Shown here: piece by piece, positions 15,708 to 20,000 of the stretch | How positions within the stretch are numbered: the stretch's first letter is position 1 | How the letters are laid out: each line of letters begins with the position of its first letter | Translations under genes and position numbers: made by a program | Notes under the pieces: model-generated | The model's database searches: none | What the model was told of the DNA's origin: nothing | What the model saw: only the letters and a program-made list of their open reading frames with translations | Source: an uncultured virus (IMG/VR IMGVR_UViG_3300006919_000003) | Taxonomy: Duplodnaviria; Heunggongvirae; Uroviricota; Caudoviricetes; Schitoviridae | Virus record (IMG/VR): IMGVR_UViG_3300006919_000003 | Reading direction: 5' to 3' (one strand) | DNA: 20,000 bases

Positions 15708-16436
15708 TTACTTGTAGTATTCCTTCAAGTGATCCAACAGACGTTGTGCATCGTTGTCGATGTAAAGCTCTTTATTAGAGAACATTCCCATCGGACTACG
15801 AATACGCTCACCTACCGTTGCTTTGGTAAGTTTAGTTTGGAAGACGTGCTTATAGCCAATAGCTTCATCATCAGGAGTGATGTTCAGCATATCAGATTCG
15901 CATTCAGCGAGATCTTTAAGCGTTACCTTCTTGGTTGAAACAACTGTCGAAAAATAAGATTCCAAACCGTTGTTTTTCAATGCACCCTTAATGGGTACAG
16001 AGGTCTTCATTTCCATCGATTTTTCGTCGAGGTCTTGACGAGTATGTGCAAAGAAGATGACTGATTTGTCACTTCCAGCTACATGCTCTTGCATCAATAC
16101 TTTGTAGAACTGAGCGTAGTTAGACCAGCCCTGCATCGTATTAGATGAGTTAATCACATACTGTGTCTCATACATGTCCATAAGGAATGTTAGAGTATCA
16201 ATAACGATGGTATCAACATCGGGATTGTTTTTAGCATGTGAAAAAGCTTCATAAACCTGCAACGGATCAGTGATAGTGAAGTTCTGAAAATTGTTTTTGA
16301 ATGGCAATCGCTTACCAGCCTCACAATTCAAATACATCACTTTTTCCTGATCCCGCATGTTCATCAAACTAGCGGATTTACCAGTTGCGCTCTCACCAGA
16401 GATGAGAACCAACTGATCATTGATATCAGTAGTCAT
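15708..16436 (-). CDS. Sak4-like / AAA_24 ATPase (N4 gp44-like ssDNA-annealing protein)
   Basis: Walker A GESATGKS near the N-terminus, Walker B IVIDT, then FFAH and RIRSPMGMF. Lies between primase and SSB. Confidence 0.88.
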   Translation of the reverse strand: MTTDINDQLVLISGESATGKSASLMNMRDQEKVMYLNCEAGKRLPFKNNFQNFTITDPLQVYEAFSHAKNNPDVDTIVIDTLTFLMDMYETQYVINSSNTMQGWSNYAQFYKVLMQEHVAGSDKSVIFFAHTRQDLDEKSMEMKTSVPIKGALKNNGLESYFSTVVSTKKVTLKDLAECESDMLNITPDDEAIGYKHVFQTKLTKATVGERIRSPMGMFSNKELYIDNDAQRLLDHLKEYYK

Positions 16437-16478
16437 GTTTGGTTCCTAACTGTAAAGTTAACCGAAAAAAGGCATCAA

Positions 16479-18617
16479 TTAAGACACCTTTTTAGCCACG
16501 GTTTGCAAGATTGTGGATTTAAGTTCATCTAAAGGTAAACCGTTTGACAATCTTGAGTTGAAGCTGACAACCTTCTGCTCGACTTCGAGATAAGGCATAC
16601 CAGCATCTACCAGAGCCAATGCAAACTTAATCATCTGATTGTTGCGGTTGCCTGTGGCAATACGTTGAGCGAACCACCGTTCCAGATTATCCAGGGACTC
16701 AAGTTCCTGCATTTCTGTTTGGTGATGTTCGTTCTTCGATGTTTTGGGTACAAATTTAAGAGGATCTAATAGTTCCCCTTCAAGGTTGTAGTGATACTTA
16801 CCATTGAAGGTTTCCCATTTTTTAGATCTCTGATTTGCTGCATCATCAGACTTAAACGGTAACCACTCCATGAAATTATCCATGAATTGTTTATAGTCTG
16901 TTTGATCCAGGTTAAGCGTGTAACGCATTGGAATAATTAATCTAAATCGATTATCCTGATCCGTATGACGCTTTGTTGTATAAGTCATAAACTTATAATC
17001 CTGCATCAGATCATGCACGACATCCAAACTACATGTTTCATCGACATCAATAACAATTGTATTGAAACCGATTTCAACATTATCTTCAGCTCTATGGTTC
17101 AATCTGAAGTGGTGGTTACACCAGTGCATGTTTGGAAGCTGGGTCAACTTATGCAAGTCCTCAAAGGGTGCGAACTCACTGTTATAGTTGTAAGCAAAAT
17201 GATCTGAATAACTGATCTTGATTTTATCCAAATCAGTTTCTTCCAGGGTTTCACCTGAGAAGAATTCGATCCCATCAACAAATGACTTTTTGATGACGAT
17301 ATGTTGCTTATAACCCCATGCTGTAGCCAACGTAATAAGCTCACTTCTTGCAGTCTGTGAAGACTTATAGAACGGTAGTGCTTCATGCAAATCAGCATGA
17401 GTAACTTCTGTTCCAGTAGATGCAATATAGCGAGCTAGTTTCACGTATGTTTTTTCACGGGTCATAAGTTTCTGGAAAGAAATTCCAGACTCTTCAACCA
17501 GTTTGATAGCAGCGTGCATGTGATCCATAGTCACTTCACTGGATTGATCAACAAATGCTAGAGCACCAGAGAGCTTCAAAGCTTTAAAGTATCGGTGTGA
17601 TACTTCTGCTTTGCGGATCTCTTCATGTTCTGCATAGGTCTCTGCAACCTTTTCACACTGGATCTTATAATCGAGTAGCTCAATCGCTACTGCATCATCC
17701 ATGTCCATCTTCCAGTTATACATATTGATATCTGCAAGCTGTGCAAAACGATTAGCAATGTTACCAATCGTCTGTGTATTCGTTGTTTGGGTCAATTTTT
17801 GGAAGATCTCAGCAGGTGTCAGATCATCTGACGCTCTGCTTTGAGTTCCCATACCAAAGATACAACGTCTAGCATAACCTGTTTCGAGGAAGCTATAAAA
17901 TTGATCTTCAGTTTGACCACCATCCAGAAGTTTAGATGGTGTACCAAACAACAACATATTGGTTGGTGTCTTACCTTCAAGTTCTTCACCACGAAGATTT
18001 TCAGAAGTGTTCTTAGTTAGTTTTTGTTTAACCAGACCCTGGTCATAAAGCTCCAAGAACACATTCAAAACTTCAACGTTACCGACAAGATTTGAACCAA
18101 TCTCATCAATCTGAAGGTTGATAGATCCGTTGTTAGCTAACAGCAGCTTCTGTCTCAATTGTTTAACCGCTGGGCCTGTACCAGAGTCAAATGTGAAAGG
18201 TAATGCACCTGCTGAAGAGAACTCTCTGTCGAGGCTTTCTTTTTCTGCTTTCTCTTCGTTACCAGAGATTGCAGCACGTTCGATAGCCAATTTCCACAAG
18301 TGTTGGTCAGCAATATCATTGAAGGTATCTTCCATGAAACGCTTACGAAAGCCTGACATGAATTCATTTTCAATAATGTTGATGGAATGACCTTTACCAA
18401 ATCCAGATGTAGCCAAAACTAGAGCATAAACATTCACTGGAATATCACCACGATCTTTTGTGATGATAGTTGCTCTCATCGAAGAAGCCATTTTTGCTAG
18501 AAAATAGGCTACCTCTACCCTAAAGAAGCCACGGTCAGTGTTCTGTGTTTTATTACACAAAACATCAACCATATCTTCTACAACAGGGTGGTGTTTGATT
18601 GTATCAATATCCTTCAT
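16479..18617 (-). CDS. DNA primase with N-terminal P-loop ATPase domain (N4 gp43-like)
   Basis: Start placed at ATG 18617 (MKDIDTIKHHP) after AAGGA, overlapping the upstream stop. Walker A-like ATSGFGKG, Walker B LQIDE, AEP-like VIDVD and YTTKRH...RFRLIIP, and a C-terminal PriCT-like GNRNNQMIKFA. Confidence 0.88.
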   Translation of the reverse strand: MKDIDTIKHHPVVEDMVDVLCNKTQNTDRGFFRVEVAYFLAKMASSMRATIITKDRGDIPVNVYALVLATSGFGKGHSINIIENEFMSGFRKRFMEDTFNDIADQHLWKLAIERAAISGNEEKAEKESLDREFSSAGALPFTFDSGTGPAVKQLRQKLLLANNGSINLQIDEIGSNLVGNVEVLNVFLELYDQGLVKQKLTKNTSENLRGEELEGKTPTNMLLFGTPSKLLDGGQTEDQFYSFLETGYARRCIFGMGTQSRASDDLTPAEIFQKLTQTTNTQTIGNIANRFAQLADINMYNWKMDMDDAVAIELLDYKIQCEKVAETYAEHEEIRKAEVSHRYFKALKLSGALAFVDQSSEVTMDHMHAAIKLVEESGISFQKLMTREKTYVKLARYIASTGTEVTHADLHEALPFYKSSQTARSELITLATAWGYKQHIVIKKSFVDGIEFFSGETLEETDLDKIKISYSDHFAYNYNSEFAPFEDLHKLTQLPNMHWCNHHFRLNHRAEDNVEIGFNTIVIDVDETCSLDVVHDLMQDYKFMTYTTKRHTDQDNRFRLIIPMRYTLNLDQTDYKQFMDNFMEWLPFKSDDAANQRSKKWETFNGKYHYNLEGELLDPLKFVPKTSKNEHHQTEMQELESLDNLERWFAQRIATGNRNNQMIKFALALVDAGMPYLEVEQKVVSFNSRLSNGLPLDELKSTILQTVAKKVS

Positions 18618-19581
18618 GGTCGTAATCATCCTTCTGAGTACATATTGGGAAAGCAGGACAATACCCACATGCTTTAACTTGACCAGGAACAGTAATAACT
18701 ACACCTTTACCAGCTTTAGCTTGGTGAGTTGCAGCATCTTGTGGATTATCAAAGTTCTTTATTGATCTTCCACCAGCTTTAGCTTTCTCAACGTCAGCAT
18801 AATACTTATACTTAGGTTCAGATCTCCAAAGCTCTTTATCTGTACACCTGATAATATCAGGTTCTGGTAAGTTTACATTTGCTCGAATTTCAGCAAGTTT
18901 GTTTTTAATCCATAGTTCTGTCTCAGACAGAGACATAAGTTCTACAGGAAATTCAACCAACCGAGATTGAGGATAGTTAGGGTTTTGTCTTGCCATTGAC
19001 CGTTGCCAATCAGTGAACATATGCTGGATCATAGCAATATCGCTTGTCACTCTTTCAGGAGCGAGCCAACGATAAATAGACATTTGAAGACGATAATCTT
19101 CAACTTTGGATCCATTGATATATGCGTAAACTGAAGTTGTTTTGGTGTCGTTCAACTGACCATCAATAAGCTGATCGAGTTGTCCACTGACAATCACACC
19201 GTCAATTTCTTTGAAATAACGCTGTTCAAGATACACTGGAATTTCACCATCTTCAACGGTTTCTGGATTGATGCGAATAGCATCGATTACCCTTTGAGGG
19301 TAACCTAGATCTTTCATAGCTTGGTGGTAGTTTCTCCAAGCATCCTCTACTGAAGCATGAATTGCATGACCCAGTTTTGAGGGTACAAGATCTAATACAT
19401 CTACGGTAGACTCCTCTTGAGGAACTCGATTACCAAGAATGAAAGATCTTGTTGACTTAAGCAGTGTGGTAGCAGAGATAAGTTCGCCTTTTGGAGCTAT
19501 ATCAGCTCCACTGTTGTACTCATTTCTAGCCAACCACACAGCCATAGCCATGCTAATACCAGTAACGTTAGTTAAGCTCAT
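18604..19581 (-). CDS. PD-(D/E)XK exonuclease, Cas4-like (N4 gp42-like)
   Basis: ISATTLL...GHAIH...LEQR...SGQLD...NDTKTT...QMSIY match RecB-family motifs. C-terminal CGYCPAFPIC Cys cluster. Confidence 0.85.
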   Translation of the reverse strand: MSLTNVTGISMAMAVWLARNEYNSGADIAPKGELISATTLLKSTRSFILGNRVPQEESTVDVLDLVPSKLGHAIHASVEDAWRNYHQAMKDLGYPQRVIDAIRINPETVEDGEIPVYLEQRYFKEIDGVIVSGQLDQLIDGQLNDTKTTSVYAYINGSKVEDYRLQMSIYRWLAPERVTSDIAMIQHMFTDWQRSMARQNPNYPQSRLVEFPVELMSLSETELWIKNKLAEIRANVNLPEPDIIRCTDKELWRSEPKYKYYADVEKAKAGGRSIKNFDNPQDAATHQAKAGKGVVITVPGQVKACGYCPAFPICTQKDDYDHEGY

Positions 19582-19903
19582 TTGGAGCTACCTGCGTTGG
19601 TAATACTGATTGAGTTTTGCGTGGATCATACATAAATTGTTGATCCGTCATATGTCCAAGATAATTCATCGTAAGAACGATGTAGTCGAGGATATTAGAA
19701 GCATCTACCTTGTTTTCATCAACAAGACGTTCGATAGCTGCAATACGAGCACGCTCAAGTGCAGCATAATCGACATTCTTCTTTTCTGACTTTACCATCA
19801 CATTCATTTTACGTTCCATGACGGTTGAAGTACCATCTTCATTGTCACGTTTGAATGCGAACTGCACAGCAGTCAGAAAGTAGTGGTGTTTTTGAATTGA
19901 CAT
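19568..19903 (-). CDS. Hypothetical protein downstream of DNA polymerase (~111 aa)
   Basis: Start placed at ATG 19903 (MSIQKHHYFL) after TAAGGAACCAAAC. The ORF-track start at 19942 lies inside the upstream gene. Confidence 0.8.
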   Translation of the reverse strand: MSIQKHHYFLTAVQFAFKRDNEDGTSTVMERKMNVMVKSEKKNVDYAALERARIAAIERLVDENKVDASNILDYIVLTMNYLGHMTDQQFMYDPRKTQSVLPTQVAPNELN

Positions 19904-19913
19904 GTTTGGTTCC

Positions 19914-20000
19914 TTAATTACACCATTCAGCATAATGCTCATTGGCTAGTTTACGAATTTGGTCTTCAGAAGCTTCATTTGGAAGCTCAAGTTCAGCAGA
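19914..20000 (-). CDS. C-terminal end (partial) of probable N4-like DNA polymerase (gp39-like)
   Basis: The frame from the window edge reads SAELELPNEASEDQIRKLANEHYAEWCN*. This resembles the xxLPNxAxxxxI C-terminus I recall for N4-like polymerases, and the position fits. Only 28 codons are visible. Confidence 0.6.
   Translation of the reverse strand, partial: SAELELPNEASEDQIRKLANEHYAEWCN

Noticed and set aside
16441..16463. Small stem UAACU/AGUUA next to the Sak4-like RBS
   Set aside because: Only 5 AU-rich bp and most of the SD stays unpaired; too weak to call.
18618..18668. Longer primase start at 18668
   Set aside because: Lies deep within the upstream nuclease gene; ATG 18617 has a better SD and a typical short overlap.
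18604..19581. CRISPR association of the Cas4-like gene
   Set aside because: No repeat-spacer array or other cas genes in the window; it is the standard N4-like nuclease.
1..20000. tRNA, intron, intein, integrase or transposase
   Set aside because: None recognised; intergenic gaps are short and the large ORFs are uninterrupted and of expected size.

Overview
A 20-kb segment of an N4-like podophage genome (Schitoviridae), about 40% GC by eye. The + strand carries the late ejection operon: an N4 gp52-like small protein, a gp51-like protein with an internal lysozyme/transglycosylase-like domain, and a 3417-aa virion-encapsidated RNA polymerase (vRNAP, N4 gp50). The - strand carries the end of the replication/recombination block in N4 order: DNA polymerase C-terminus, small hypothetical, Cas4-like PD-(D/E)XK nuclease, primase/ATPase, Sak4-like ATPase, SSB, RusA-like resolvase, acidic protein and small membrane protein. 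A terminator and two orphan genes follow and converge on the vRNAP gene. Gene content is typical for the family. The most notable signals are structural. (1) Long hairpins bury both the Shine-Dalgarno (SD) and the AUG of the vRNAP gene and of the resolvase gene. (2) Three C-GAA-G triloop hairpins, resembling N4 vRNAP promoter hairpins, lie inside the vRNAP gene. (3) A 67% GC, inverted-repeat-rich island lies in the vRNAP acidic linker. Assignments come from motifs and synteny recognised by eye; no searches were run.
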